Assembly: GCA_013416795.1 (NCBI GenBank)
Contig: RQSC01001045.1
Span: 1 to 64,000 of the forward strand
Origin: Prasinococcaceae sp. CCMP 1430
Taxonomy: Eukaryota; Plantae; Prasinodermophyta
Length of the DNA: 64,000 nucleotides
Reading direction: 5' to 3'
Shown here: piece after piece, positions 9,723 to 21,883 of the stretch
Layout of the letters: every line of letters begins with the position of its first letter
How positions within the stretch are numbered: position 1 is the first letter of the stretch
Translations under genes and position numbers: made by a program
Notes under the pieces: model-generated
The model's database searches: none
What the model saw: the letters and a program-made list of their open reading frames with translations, nothing else
Told to the model about the DNA's origin: nothing

Positions 9723-11017
9723 CTGCCAGCCCACGCCTGTGAAGAGCTCCGAGTGCGAGGACGGGCTCATGTCCACGTACACCTGCAGCCCACGCAGCTG
9801 GTCGCGCAGCGCTCGCAGCTCGGGATCGCCGCGCTCGTCCTTCTCGAGCACCAGCACGGTGGGGAGGTTGTTGCGCGTCTTGATCGCGGTCGAGCGCACC
9901 AGCCGGAAGGTGCCGCTCGCCGAGGCGAACGCGCGCGCGACGTCCTGCGGCGGACGGCGAGGCGCTCCGTCAGGCTCAGCGCGAAGGCGCGGTCGCCGCG
10001 CTCGCGCGCAGGCTCGCCGCCGCGCGACAGCCGGCCGGGCGCGCCGCGCGTCACCCACCAGGAACAGGAAACCTCGCAACACCAGCACCACGAGCCGCCC
10101 GCCGGGTCTGAGCAGTTGCCAGGCGGTCTTGAGCAGCGCTCGGTACATCGTCTTGAGGTCGGAGCCCTTGCCGGTCTGCACCCCCCACGGGGGATTGCTC
10201 ACCACCGCGTCCACGAGCGTGCCCTTGGGCACGGTGAAGAGCGCAGCGGCGACGTCCGCGCGCGAGCAGTGGACGCGCCCCTCGAAGCCCGCCGCCTCGG
10301 CGTTCGCCAGCGTCCCCTTGCACGCGTTGGCGTTGGCGTCGGCGCCGTAGGCGGTGCTCGCCAATCCGGCGTCGAGAGCCTCGAGCAAGATGGTGCCGCT
10401 CCCACAGAAGGGGTCGAGCACGGCCCCGGAGCCGTCCGCGGGCAGGCCGGCCTCGCGCAGCATGGCGTACGCGACGTTGGCCTTGATGGTGACCTTGTTG
10501 AGGTAGGCGGCCTTGTGGCGCCTGCTGAGCGCCTCCTCGTGCAGCTGGGTGCTGAGGGCGAGCGTCTCGCCCACGCAGTCGGCGCGCACGTGGACGTCGT
10601 AGCCGCGCATGCGCGGGGCGCAGCCGTACCGGTCGTGCAGGCAGCCGCCCACGACGCGCGCGAGCTCCCCGCTGTTGAAGCGGTGCGCCTTGCCCGTGCG
10701 CCAGCCCGTCACGCGGAACGACGCGGCGCCCTCGAGCGTGGGCACGCGCACGCGCCCCGCCGGCAGCGCGGACTCGAGCCACAGCTCGAGGGCGCGGAGC
10801 GCGGGGGAGGTCGCGAGCGACTCGCCCTCGGCCGGTCCGCCCTCGCCCTCGCCCTCGCCCTCGCCCTCGCCCTCGGTCTCGCCCTCGGTCTCGCCCGCCG
10901 CGGGCATCGCGATGACAGCGTGGAGCTCGCACACGTAGTGCACCGAGCGGAGCTCGAGCAGCGCCCGCTTGGCGGCGAGGAGCGCGCCCTCGCCGGCCGC
11001 CGCGGGCACGCGCACGC
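9723..11017 (-). CDS. THUMP-domain SAM-dependent RNA methyltransferase (UPF0020/Trm11-Trm14-like); 5' end in gap; intron 9945-10058; 3' end uncertain
   Basis: FRVTGWRTGKAHRFNS, LSRRHK..KANVAYAML, VLDPFCGSGTILLE, VVSNPPWG, LLRPGGRLVVL. Confidence 0.85.
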
Positions 11018-11825
11018 NNNNNNNNNNNNNNNNNNNNNNNNNNNNNNNNNNNNNNNNNNNNNNNNNNNNNNNNNNNNNNNNNNNNNNNNNNNNNNNNNNN
11101 NNNNNNNNNNNNNNNNNNNNNNNNNNNNNNNNNNNNNNNNNNNNNNNNNNNNNNNNNNNNNNNNNNNNNNNNNNNNNNNNNNNNNNNNNNNNNNNNNNNN
11201 NNNNNNNNNNNNNNNNNNNNNNNNNNNNNNNNNNNNNNNNNNNNNNNNNNNNNNNNNNNNNNNNNNNNNNNNNNNNNNNNNNNNNNNNNNNNNNNNNNNN
11301 NNNNNNNNNNNNNNNNNNNNNNNNNNNNNNNNNNNNNNNNNNNNNNNNNNNNNNNNNNNNNNNNNNNNNNNNNNNNNNNNNNNNNNNNNNNNNNNNNNNN
11401 NNNNNNNNNNNNNNNNNNNNNNNNNNNNNNNNNNNNNNNNNNNNNNNNNNNNNNNNNNNNNNNNNNNNNNNNNNNNNNNNNNNNNNNNNNNNNNNNNNNN
11501 NNNNNNNNNNNNNNNNNNNNNNNNNNNNNNNNNNNNNNNNNNNNNNNNNNNNNNNNNNNNNNNNNNNNNNNNNNNNNNNNNNNNNNNNNNNNNNNNNNNN
11601 NNNNNNNNNNNNNNNNNNNNNNNNNNNNNNNNNNNNNNNNNNNNNNNNNNNNNNNNNNNNNNNNNNNNNNNNNNNNNNNNNNNNNNNNNNNNNNNNNNNN
11701 NNNNNNNNNNNNNNNNNNNNNNNNNNNNNNNNNNNNNNNNNNNNNNNNNNNNNNNNNNNNNNNNNNNNNNNNNNNNNNNNNNNNNNNNNNNNNNNNNNNN
11801 NNNNNNNNNNNNNNNNNNNNNNNNN
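11018..11825. other. Assembly gap
   Basis: Run of N. Confidence 1.
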
Positions 11826-13431
11826 CAAGGCGGCGCTCGCGGCGCTCGACGCGGCGGCGCTCGGGGCGGGCGCGCCGAGCCGCTTCTCGCGGCGGGCCAA
11901 CGTGTACTCGCGCCTCGACCACCACGAGGCGCTCGAGGCGCGCCCCAAGGGGACGTGCGCGTCGGTGCTGGACGCCATCGGCAACACCCCGCTCGTCCGC
12001 CTGCGCAACATCGAGAAGGCCGAGGGGCTGGCCTGCGAGGTGTACGCCAAGTGCGAGTTCCTCAACGCGGGCGGCTCGGTGAAGGACCGCATCGCCAAGC
12101 GCATGGTGGAGGACGCCGAGGCCAAGGGGCTGTTGCAGCCGGGCGACACCATCATCGAGCCCACGAGCGGCAACACGGGCATCGGCCTCGCGCTCGCCGC
12201 GGCCGTCAAGGGCTACCACTGCATCGTGGTGATGCCCGAGAAGATGTCCAAGGAGAAGGCGGATGTGCTCAATGCGCTGGGCGCGAAGATCGTACGCACT
12301 CCCAACGAGGCGGCCTGGGACGCGCCCGACTCTCACATCTCTGTGGCCGCGCGCCTCAACTCGGAGACGCCCCGCTCGCACATTCTCGATCAGTACACCA
12401 ACGTGGGCAACCCGCTCGCGCACTACGACGGCACGGGCGCCGAGATCCTCGAGCAGATGGACAACAGGGTCGACGTGCTCGTGGCCGGCGCGGGCACGGG
12501 CGGCACGCTCACCGGCACGGCCAGGCGCGTGCTCGAGGGCTGCCCCAACGCGCGCGTGGTGGGGGTCGACCCGCTGGGATCCATCCTCGCGCTCCCCGAG
12601 AGCCTGAACACCTCCGAGGAGAACGTGTCGCAGGGTATGTACCAGGTGGAGGGCATCGGCTACGACTTCATCCCGGCGGTGCTCGACCGCGAGGTGGCGC
12701 ACGAGTGGGTCAAGTGCAACGACGAGCAGGCCTTCCGCTGGGCGCGGAGGCTCATGCGCGAGGAGGGGCTGCTGTGCGGCGGCTCGAGCGGCGCGGCGTT
12801 CTCGGTGGCCATCGGCGAGGCGCGCAAGCTCAAGGCCGGCGAGCGACTGGTGGTGGTGCTGCCCGATTCCATCCGCAACTACATGACCAAGCACCTCGAC
12901 GACGACTGGATGGTGGAGAAGGGCTTCATGCAGGCGTCCGCCGTCGGAGACCGCTCGCAGCCGTGGGCGGCCAACACCGTCAGCGAGCTCGCGCTCGAGT
13001 CGCCCGTCACCATCTCTCCCGGCATCGCCCTGAGGCGCGCGGTGGAGATAATGAACGCCAAGGGCTTCGACCAGCTGCCCGTCGTGGACGTTGGCGGACG
13101 CGTGATGGGAGTGGTGACCGAGGGCAACATCTCAGCCAAGGTGACGAGCGGCGCGGCCTCGCTGGACGACCCCGTCGAAACCATCGTGTACAAGGACGTC
13201 GCGCGCGTGCTCAGCTCCACCACGCTCGCAGAGCTCTCGCGGAAGTTCAACCGCTATCACTTTGCGCTGGTGACGCGCAACCAGACCCGCTACTCCAACG
13301 CCGGCGAGGAGATCCACACGATGGTGACGGCCGTGGTGACGCGCATCGACCTGCTCAAGTTCATCTCCGCCAAGGCGCAGCATGGGCGCGCCGCCAACGG
13401 CGTCGCCACGGACGTCGCGCCGTGCGCGTGA
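11826..13431 (+). CDS. CBS: Cystathionine beta-synthase with C-terminal CBS (Bateman) pair; start in gap
   Basis: [23 protein letters not shown] (PLP lysine), [66 protein letters not shown]. Confidence 0.95.
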
Positions 13432-13642
13432 GGCCGCGCGCGCGCGCGCGCGCTCGCGCACGCCCAACTGCCGCCGCGGGTATGCATGCGCACGCTCGCG
13501 GGGGTCGCGCACGACAGTACAATACAACTTTAGCAGTGCACAACAACGCACGCACTATACAGTAAGCAACGATGGCCAGGTAGCACACGCGCTCCCGCGC
13601 GCCCTCCCGCCGCCTCGCCGCGCGCGCGTCGCCGTCGCGCGN

Positions 13643-13810
13643 CTCTCGAACTCGACGAACGCGATGCCCGGCTTCTGTTCCACCATGCGCACCTCCTTGT
13701 AGCCAGGGAACTGTTGGAACAGCATGGAAACCATGAGGTCGGTCGCCTCGGCGGGCAAGTTCTGCACGAAGAGGATCTTGTTGGGCGCTGCAGCGAGGTC
13801 GGGCGCGGCG
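13643..13810 (-). CDS. U1A/U2B'' snRNP protein, C-terminal RRM fragment
   Basis: [38 protein letters not shown]; cut by the N at 13642, no 5' part. Confidence 0.85.
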
Positions 13811-14233
13811 GCGGCGGGCGCAGCGCTCGAGGCCGCCGACGGCGGGCGCGTCGCCGTGGTGCAGGTGCCCGGCTCGAGCTACAACACCAAGTACGTCGAG
13901 GTCGTGGGGCGCGTGACGGACGAGGCGACCATTCAGGAGGAGGAGTACACGTGCTTCGGGGACAACTTCGGTGCGTTGCGCGGTCCGGCCGCTCGCGAGC
14001 GCGCCGAGGGAGAACGAGAGCGCGCCGCCGATCGGGCGCGCGGCGCGGCGAGTGCGAAGCTCGCAGCGCGCAGCGATCTGAGCGCCTCTCCGGCCCGCCG
14101 CTGACCGTCGATCGCCGCTGCGATCTCCGTCTGCTATGTGTCGCGCGCATGCGCGCGCACACGCGCAGACCTCAAGACGTACAACGAGCTCTGCGTGCTC
14201 ATGAACGGCGACCACGCCAGCCTCTTCATCTGA
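13810..14233 (+). CDS. RPA3: Replication protein A 14 kDa subunit, N-terminus missing; intron 13971-14168
   Basis: [13 protein letters not shown] spliced to [21 protein letters not shown], matching the plant RPA3 C-terminus pattern. Confidence 0.85.
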
Positions 14234-14464
14234 AGGCGCTCCGCCACCTCCCTGCCCGGATGCCCCTGTAACATTGACCCCATTGCGCCATCCGCACCGC
14301 CACGGCACACCGACGCACGCCGCGGGGGCGCGCTCGCTCGCCGGCGCGTCCCCTCGACACGACACAGCGCATCGCAAATGCCCTCGCCGCCCCCCCTTTG
14401 GCTCCGGCGACTGCGCGCGCGTCGAGTGTGAACAGTATGTTACAATGGGATGGGCGTCCTGCCG

Positions 14465-16303
14465 TCACTTGCGCCTCGCGCGCTCGCGCTCCATGTGGCT
14501 GGGCACCTGCAAGTAGTGCGGCAGCTTATGGCCGAGCGTGCGCACGTACTCGCGGTAGAGCTGCGCGCTGTACAGGTTGGAAATGTTGGGGATTCGTTGC
14601 TCGAAGGACGCGACCAAACCCGCGCGATCGCCGTCAGCGCCGTCGGCCCCGCCAGCCGCGCCGCGTCCCCTCGGCTGCACCTGCCAGTGCTTCGGCGGCA
14701 GGTACCACGCGCCGTATCGCGGCGGTCGCGCGCGCGCGCGCCCCGTCGACGCCATCGAGGCGTCGCGGTCGCCGTTACTGCCGCCTTCGCCGCCGCCGAA
14801 GCTGCCATCCAGCCCGTGGTCGCCAACGCTGTCGACAACTTCGAGCGGCGCGTGCATTGTGTCCGTGCGCAGGCTCATGAAGGCTGCGCGCTCGGCACGC
14901 GCCTTCGCCTCCCGCTGGCGGCGCATGGCCGATATGGTTGCTGGCCTCGTGGTGACCGCCGGAGGCGTGCCCCCGGGACCCGGCGGAGCGAGCATGAATG
15001 GGTCGGTGTCGGCACCTGAGTCATCGGCAAGCATCGCCAGCAGCTCCTCCGGGACATCCGTCGCAAGCTTGACGCGCGTCGACGGGCGCCACATAATCGT
15101 TGGCCCCTCGGAGCGCTCGGGGAGCTTGCCGGCGTGCCGATCGCCCTCCATGCCGGCGTCGGCGGCGTCCCGAGCAAGATAGGACTTATTTGTAGCCTTG
15201 CCCTCGTCGGCCGGCACGCCCCCCGCTTCGTCCATGGTCTCGACGGCCTCGTCCAGCCCTGCAGGCACAATGGATGACCGCGTGCGGAGCTTGGGAGATT
15301 CGAGCTCCATGCCGGCGCCGTGCTCGCGGCTGGCCTGCTCGATCGTCGCGGCCTCCTCCTCTGCCTTGGCCATCTCAAGCTCCATGAGCGAGCGCGGCAG
15401 CACACTCGCGCGCCGCCGCAGCTCGCTCAGCTTGCGCTCCAGCCCTGCGCCAGCGCGGTCCGACTTTCTCCTCGACTTGCGTCGCAAGGTCACGGGCGGG
15501 GCGTCTGCATCATCGCCGTCCTCGTCGGGCGCAAAGCTGACGCGGGAGGCGTTGGTGCCGCCGTCGACTCCACCGTCCTTCTCGATCGCCGCGGCGGTGT
15601 CAGGCATGCCCGCTGCGCCGTCGAAGCTCGCCCCGCCCTCCATGGCAGCGCGGTGCAGCGACCCTTCGCGCCGCAGTGACGGCCGCTGCTGCCCGCCGGG
15701 TCCGCCGTCTGGCCCGCCGCTGCCGCTGCCGCTCGTCGCAAACAAGCCCGAGAACTCGCTGCTGGGCGAGACCGCTCCGCCGGGCGTCTGAGCGGGCGGC
15801 TCCGGCCCGAGCAACGAGTTCATGCTCGCATTTGAGTCAAAGGTCAACCCGAGCTCGAGCTCGAGCTTTCGCTCGAGCCTGTCGAGGTCGTCCACGGAAG
15901 CCTTGGCGCCTAGACCCGCCGCGGCGAGCGCGCTCGCGCCGCCGAGCGCCGGCGGCGCAGGACGAAGCGAGAGCTCCTCGGCGCGCAGGAACTTCCAGCC
16001 GGTTGCCAGAAGGTCCGTCGTCGTCACGGCCCTGGTGCGACCGCCTCCACCGGTGCGGCCGCGCCTCGTGCGCAGCTTCCCCAACTTCTGCGCGCCATCA
16101 CTGCCCATGGCCGCGACCAGCTCGCTCGGCGGCGGCGCTGCGGCGCTCATGGCGGACGCGCGGCGCGGCGACCCGGCGGGGTACGTGAAGGGCGCCGTCC
16201 GCTCCGCCTGGGCCGCTTTGTCCAGCTCGGCAGTATCGCGGGCAGCCGCGAGCCGCCGCTCCACCCGCGCGCGCCCCGACTCCGCACCCGTCGCGTCTCC
16301 CAT
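14465..16303 (-). CDS. Hypothetical, largely disordered protein with a conserved-looking C-terminal motif
   Basis: About 612-aa intronless ORF; C-terminal RYGAWYLPPKHW..IPNISNLYSAQLYREYV..KLPHYL; TGTAA just after the stop. Confidence 0.7.
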   Translation of the reverse strand: MGDATGAESGRARVERRLAAARDTAELDKAAQAERTAPFTYPAGSPRRASAMSAAAPPPSELVAAMGSDGAQKLGKLRTRRGRTGGGGRTRAVTTTDLLATGWKFLRAEELSLRPAPPALGGASALAAAGLGAKASVDDLDRLERKLELELGLTFDSNASMNSLLGPEPPAQTPGGAVSPSSEFSGLFATSGSGSGGPDGGPGGQQRPSLRREGSLHRAAMEGGASFDGAAGMPDTAAAIEKDGGVDGGTNASRVSFAPDEDGDDADAPPVTLRRKSRRKSDRAGAGLERKLSELRRRASVLPRSLMELEMAKAEEEAATIEQASREHGAGMELESPKLRTRSSIVPAGLDEAVETMDEAGGVPADEGKATNKSYLARDAADAGMEGDRHAGKLPERSEGPTIMWRPSTRVKLATDVPEELLAMLADDSGADTDPFMLAPPGPGGTPPAVTTRPATISAMRRQREAKARAERAAFMSLRTDTMHAPLEVVDSVGDHGLDGSFGGGEGGSNGDRDASMASTGRARARPPRYGAWYLPPKHWQVQPRGRGAAGGADGADGDRAGLVASFEQRIPNISNLYSAQLYREYVRTLGHKLPHYLQVPSHMERERARRK

Positions 16304-17196
16304 CGCGGCGGCCGAGGCCCGCCGTCGCCGCCAACCCCCACACACACCCCTCGTAGGCCAGCGCTCCGAGGGAGTCCCGCTTTGGGAACCCGCCCTCCCG
16401 GCCGAGGGGGAACGCGGGCAGCTTGGCGTACATGTACATGTAGGTACAGAGGTCGTCAAAAAATTTGTCTGCCTCGCCAGGCGGATTTACGCCCGCATAA
16501 AAATCGTTCCAGCGCGCGCCGCTTGGCCAGGGCGCCCAGTTTTACCCGCGCTACTCATAGAGACTTTCCGCACCCCCGCCGCTGCAGCGAGGCGCCGTAC
16601 ACCCACAGTAACAAAAACAAAAAGAAATGAGAGGTCAGAATGCGTGTAGAGGGACCCTTAAAATCTTTTTGTTTCTTTTTATTTCGACGCTGCGCGGCCG
16701 TGCACATTCGGGTTTTAGGGTTCGTTGTTTAATGCATTTATATGAGTCATTTTGGTTCATTTTGATTCATTTTGGATCATTTTGCTGCGAGTTCGGGTTA
16801 CTTTACGGTTGACCAAGCCATTTTTCGCGCCCCTCCGTCCTCATTTCCATGTGTTTTGATGTGTCGTTTTGCTAGAAGGGTTTACACTAAATCTTTCTGT
16901 GTGCTCTCTCAATTTGATATAAAATGATATCAACCCTAACTCATACGGCGCGGATGCGGCTCGAACCGCGACCCGCCCGCCGCGCGCGGCGCCGCGCTCC
17001 CGGCGCAAAAAAAAAAAAAGCGCAAAAAAAAAATTCAAAGCGCGCGCGCGCGCGCGCGCGGGGCGCGGCCCGCGCGGCCCGAAAAACTAACAACTCCGAG
17101 AACCTGAACGCGGTCGGCGCGCCGCCCGCGCAAAAAGGCGCGCTTTTCCTTTTGTTGTGACGTGTGTCATAAACCCTTATTTTTGTGCAGACCGAA

Positions 17197-19958
17197 ATGC
17201 GGCGCGAGCGCGCGCGCGCGAACGTTGCGCCACACTGCGCGCGCGGCGAGCGGCGCGCAGAGCAGCGGCGGGGGCGCCGGCGCCGGCGCCCGCCGCGGCC
17301 GACGAGGAGGACGTCGACGCGGTGGAGGCGCGAATCGCAGAGCTCGTGGCGCGGCGCGACGCGCTCAGGGCGTCCAACGACTCCGCGGTGGCCGCAGCGC
17401 CGTCCGAGGAGCCTGCGAAACAGCACCAGCAGCACCGGCAGGTACAAGCCGAGCGGGTGCAGGTGCTGCAGGTGCAGAACTTTGACTTCAGCGTGGTGGC
17501 CGACGGCGAGTTCGCCCCGGGCATGGTCGCACCCGCCGCTGCTGCCCGCAAGCCCCGAGGCGTGGGCGCGGGTGCGCTCGCTGCTGCGGCGACGCGCCGG
17601 CCGAAGACCGCGAGCGGCAACAGGCGCAGCGCGCGCCCTCCGTCGTCCGCGCGACCTTCGTCGGCCTCGGCGGGGCAAGCGCGGCTCGGAGCGAAGCGCG
17701 CCGAGGCCACCGAGGCGGGCGGCGACGAAAACAAAGGCACACTAGCCGATCACGTCGCATCGGCGCAGCGCCGTGCCGCTGAGGCCACGGCCGCCGCGCT
17801 GCGCGCCGCCGAGGACGCCGCCCGCGAGGACGGCACCGCCCGCCAAGAGCCGGCCGCCGGTGACGACGAGTACGCGGAGCGGTACCCGCTCATGTCGGCT
17901 GCGCTCGCTAGCCGGCGTCAGAAGGAGGGCAAGAAGGAGCGCGGCGCGCGCAAACAGTCTGGAGGCGCGCGGGGTGGCGCAGACGAGGTCGGGGTGGACG
18001 GCCTCACCAACGCGGAGCGCGCCGTGGCGTACAGCGACACGATGGCGGCCTTCGAGGCGCTCGAGGCTTCGCTCCTCGCCGCTTCCGAACGCGTCGCAGC
18101 GAGCGACGGCGACGGCGAAGGAGATGAGGGCGTCGGCGCCGCCGCTGCCGACGGGTCGACGGACGATGTCGTCGAGATGACGCGCCGGTACTACGACCCC
18201 GCGCGCGAAGGCCTGGCTTTCAGCGGCGAGCCCGAGCCAGAGTCCGAGCCCGACGCAGTGGGTGGCGCGGCGTCGGTGTCCGGCGTCGTCGATGGCGCCG
18301 GCGCGCGCCCCCCGCCGCCACCGGTGGGAGAGGACGAGCACATGCCTGGCGCGGATGGCGACGGGGAGGGCAGCTGGGAAAAGGCGTACGAGTTCCGTGA
18401 CGCCGATCTCATCGCGCGGACGCGCGACATGGCCGCGCGCCGCAGGCGGCGGCCGAAATCCGCCGACGCCAGCCGCAGCAAGGTGCGCTACATCGGCCCG
18501 CCACCGCCGGGCACGACCAAGGTGAAGCCATTTTCGTTCGACAACCGCGACAGCCGCCCGCGCAAGACGATATCGCAGATGCGCCTCGAGCAGGACCTCG
18601 CAGCTGCGAAGGCGCGCGAGGAGGCGGAGCTGAAAGTGCGCTTCAAGGCGAAGCCCATCCCCTCTAGCACGCTGCTGCCCCTGTACGCGCAGCTCGTCGA
18701 GGCATCCGAGCAGCGGCGCGACGAGGTGCGGCGCATGTGCAAGGAGTGGCTCAAGTCCGTCGAGGCGCCATTCTCCTTCCAGGACCGGCAGACCAAGTCG
18801 AGCGCGATGGCCAAGGGCCTGGCGGAGGCGCCAGGTGCCGTGCCCGAGGGCCCGGCCTTCAGGGCCAACCCCGTGCCCGCGCATGTCAAGGAGCTGCGCT
18901 ACATGGAGATGGTGGCGGATGACCACAAGCGTGCTTTTGTCAACAAGGCGCTCGCCGAGGCCAAGTTCCGCGAGTCGAGCCTGCCGCCGCGCATGAAGGC
19001 GCATGCGCAGCGCCTCAAGGAGCAAGAGGGTCAAGAGGTGGTGGTGCTCGACCCCGAGTGCACCTTCAAGCCGCACATCAAGCACTCAATCCCGGACTTC
19101 AACGCCCAGCACGCCAAATTTGAGGCGGCGCTTGCGGCGCGCCGCAAACAGCTGCCGAGCACCGAGGTACAGCCGTTCACGCTGGCCTCAAAGGAGCGGC
19201 AGGCACAGGAACGCATCAAGCGAGACGCCATGCTTGCCAAGGCACGCAGGAAAGCCGCGCGCGACGAGGCCGAGGCCATCGAGCATCGCTGGCCATACTA
19301 CTCAGAGCGCGGTGCCGTGCCCAAGAAGGCCATGCCCGACTTCACCAAGCTGCAGCGCAGCTTCGGCGAGAAGCTCAACGCGTCGCGCGCCGACTTCAAG
19401 CCGACTGTCCTGAAGCCGTTCAAGCTTGGACGTGACCAGACCGACCGTGAGATGGCGCGCAGCCGAGAGGCGCTCGCCAAGGCCGACGCGCCCGTTTTCG
19501 CGCACCAGCGCCCCACACGCGCCGAGGAGCTGCGTCTCAAGGCCACCAGGGAGGCCACCGCCGAGGGCCGCTTCGACAGCGCGGCGGAGCGTGACGCCAA
19601 GGAGCAGCAGCGTCGCAAGCTCGATGCGAAGCGTCGTGAGGAGGCGTGGGCGGCCATGCAGAAGAAGAAGAAAGTCGAGGACGACAGCCTCGGTCTTGGC
19701 GACGGCACGGACGCGCCGCCTCCCGCGGAGGGCGTCGGCGCCGCCGTGGATGCACCCGCGATCGTGCCCGCAAAGCCCCCAGCATCGTCAGCAGCGGAGG
19801 CCGCGGCGGTCGTTGATGATGGCCACGATGGCGAGTCGTTGCATCGCCAGGCGCGTCACAAGCAGGTTGAGGAGCGCGCTGCCGCCATAGTTGAGCAGAC
19901 ACTCCTCGAGCACGGCGTGCTCGACTACGTCGAAGGCACGGGTTTGACTCCGCGCTGA
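17197..19958 (+). CDS. FAM161: FAM161/UPF0564 centriolar microtubule-binding protein; start uncertain
   Basis: TKVKPFSFDNRD, ELKVRFKAKPIP, EAPFSF, FRANPVP, CTFKPHI, TEVQPFTL, plus coiled coils. Confidence 0.8.
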
Positions 19959-20170
19959 GTTGGTCGCACTCGGCTGCCGCCGCCTCAGACCGGCGGCGCG
20001 AAAGTAGCACGGGGCTCGACTCTGCAAACGCCAGTCATTCACACACAGCAATCATGTTACAAAGTCATCAGGTTTAGTTGTGATTCCGACGCACCCCCCA
20101 GCTGCACGCACACAGCACCTGCGCGCGAAAGAGAGAGAGGTCGGGCGCTGCCTGCCGTGCCGTCCGCTTC

Positions 20171-21739
20171 TCATGCCTTCAGCGCCTTAGCCTCGTCGGC
20201 CTCCTTCTGCCACGAGGCGCGCACCTCGGCGATCTTGTCGCGGAAGGGCGCAACGGCGGGGTTTTGATTGGCCCATGCGTCATAGAGCGGCAGCAGGACG
20301 ATCTTGATAAAGTTCACCTGCGACTCGGGCACGTTGGCAGTCGCGCGGTCACACAGCGGGGACACGGGCACTCCCATCGAGCGCTCCTCGTCGCCTTGCG
20401 AGTGGAACTCCTCGAGCATCATCTTCGCCCACCTTCGAGCAGTCCGGACTCTCGTCTGATTGGAGATGTCTGCGGCCTTCAAGCACATTTGCATGAGCAT
20501 GAGCCGGTCGTTGGTGTTACCCAGATCAAAGCCCGCGAGGGTCTTCTCCTTGAAGTCGGCGACGAAGGGGAAGTGCTCGGCCATGTCAGTCACACACACG
20601 AGTGAGATCACCAGCCCCCGAATCTTTCTGCGGTCCTCTTCGGCCAGCCCGCGAAGGATGTCGATGGACTCGTCGTCGCGCATCATCTCGAACATGAGCG
20701 CACAGTGCATGTTTTCAAGCACGGCCTTGTCGTTGTAGCGCAGCGCCACCGGCGTGCCGTTTCTCACGTGGAAGCCATTGTTCCTGCCTGGGTGCCCAAT
20801 GTCGTGGCCCACCACCGCCATGAGCATCGCCAGAACCTCGTGCGTGGCCATCCAGTTGAGAAAGCCCGCCTCCCGGAGGTACACGATGGTGGTCTGCAGC
20901 ACGTCCGCGGCGTGGGTGGAGTTGTGATAGGGAACCTCCGGGTTGTAGCGCGCCTCGATAGCCGAAGCCCAGCGCGCCACGAGCTCGCGGCCGAGCGTGA
21001 ACTCGTGCACCTGATCGTGCATGCCCAGCTGGTCGAATGCGGCGCACGCGACCACCGTGAGGCACCGCCCACGCCCAACCACGCCCTCGAGCTTGAAGAT
21101 GTCCCAATCGTGGTGGTTGAAGCCCTCGAGCGCCGCCGAGGTCTCGGGTGCCACGAGCCAGCTCCGCTTTTCGTCGGCCGCGGCGTCGAAAACCGCGAGC
21201 TCGCGGTCTTTGTCCGCGCCGTTGGCCCTGTCCATCGCCGTGAGGAACGACGTGCGGCGCGACTGCGTGCGCATTCGGGTGGTCTCCTTTGCGTGCACCG
21301 CGTATTGCTGTTGGAGCCAGGCGACTGTTTCCTTGCTATGCTCCGAGGCGGCAGCGGCGGCGGCTGCCTTTGCGTCGGCCTTGTTGACGGCCGATCCGAG
21401 CGCCTTCAGCACCCGATCGAGCGCTCGCTTGGACTCAAAGCCGAGTATGGTCGAGTCGCCGAGCTTGCCGTCGCGCAGCGCAACGAGATCGGTCGCAATC
21501 TCTAGCACGAGCATGCTGCCAGCCAGGGCGGCTTCGGCCGGGGCTTCCACGGGTGCCCCGCCATTCGTCTGTCTCGAGGCGGCCACGTCGTCACTCGCGC
21601 TGTGCCCGCCGGCACCATCGTTCGTGCCGCCTCCTGCGTGCGCACCGCCGCAGGTCCCCTCATCGCCACGCCAGTACCGCTCGTAGCAGTATCTCGCCGC
21701 TACGCCGGCCACGAAGGGCAGCGCGAGTGCCGCCACCAT
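20171..21739 (-). CDS. Class I 3',5'-cyclic nucleotide phosphodiesterase with hydrophobic N-terminal segment
   Basis: YHNSTHAADV, HDIGHPGRNN, LRYNDKAVLENMH, TDMAEH, ADISN, EEFHSQGD, SQVNFI. Confidence 0.95.
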   Translation of the reverse strand: MVAALALPFVAGVAARYCYERYWRGDEGTCGGAHAGGGTNDGAGGHSASDDVAASRQTNGGAPVEAPAEAALAGSMLVLEIATDLVALRDGKLGDSTILGFESKRALDRVLKALGSAVNKADAKAAAAAAASEHSKETVAWLQQQYAVHAKETTRMRTQSRRTSFLTAMDRANGADKDRELAVFDAAADEKRSWLVAPETSAALEGFNHHDWDIFKLEGVVGRGRCLTVVACAAFDQLGMHDQVHEFTLGRELVARWASAIEARYNPEVPYHNSTHAADVLQTTIVYLREAGFLNWMATHEVLAMLMAVVGHDIGHPGRNNGFHVRNGTPVALRYNDKAVLENMHCALMFEMMRDDESIDILRGLAEEDRRKIRGLVISLVCVTDMAEHFPFVADFKEKTLAGFDLGNTNDRLMLMQMCLKAADISNQTRVRTARRWAKMMLEEFHSQGDEERSMGVPVSPLCDRATANVPESQVNFIKIVLLPLYDAWANQNPAVAPFRDKIAEVRASWQKEADEAKALKA

Positions 21740-21883
21740 GCCTGCTGACGGCCAAGTCGCGGGGGCACTGCCCCCCCCCCACCCCCACCCCCGTCCGGCG
21801 TCCCACCTGCGCACTGTGGTGCAGCTGCGACGGCGCGCGCGGGCGGGCGGGCGGGCGCGCTGCCGCCTCTCGCCCGCCGCCCT

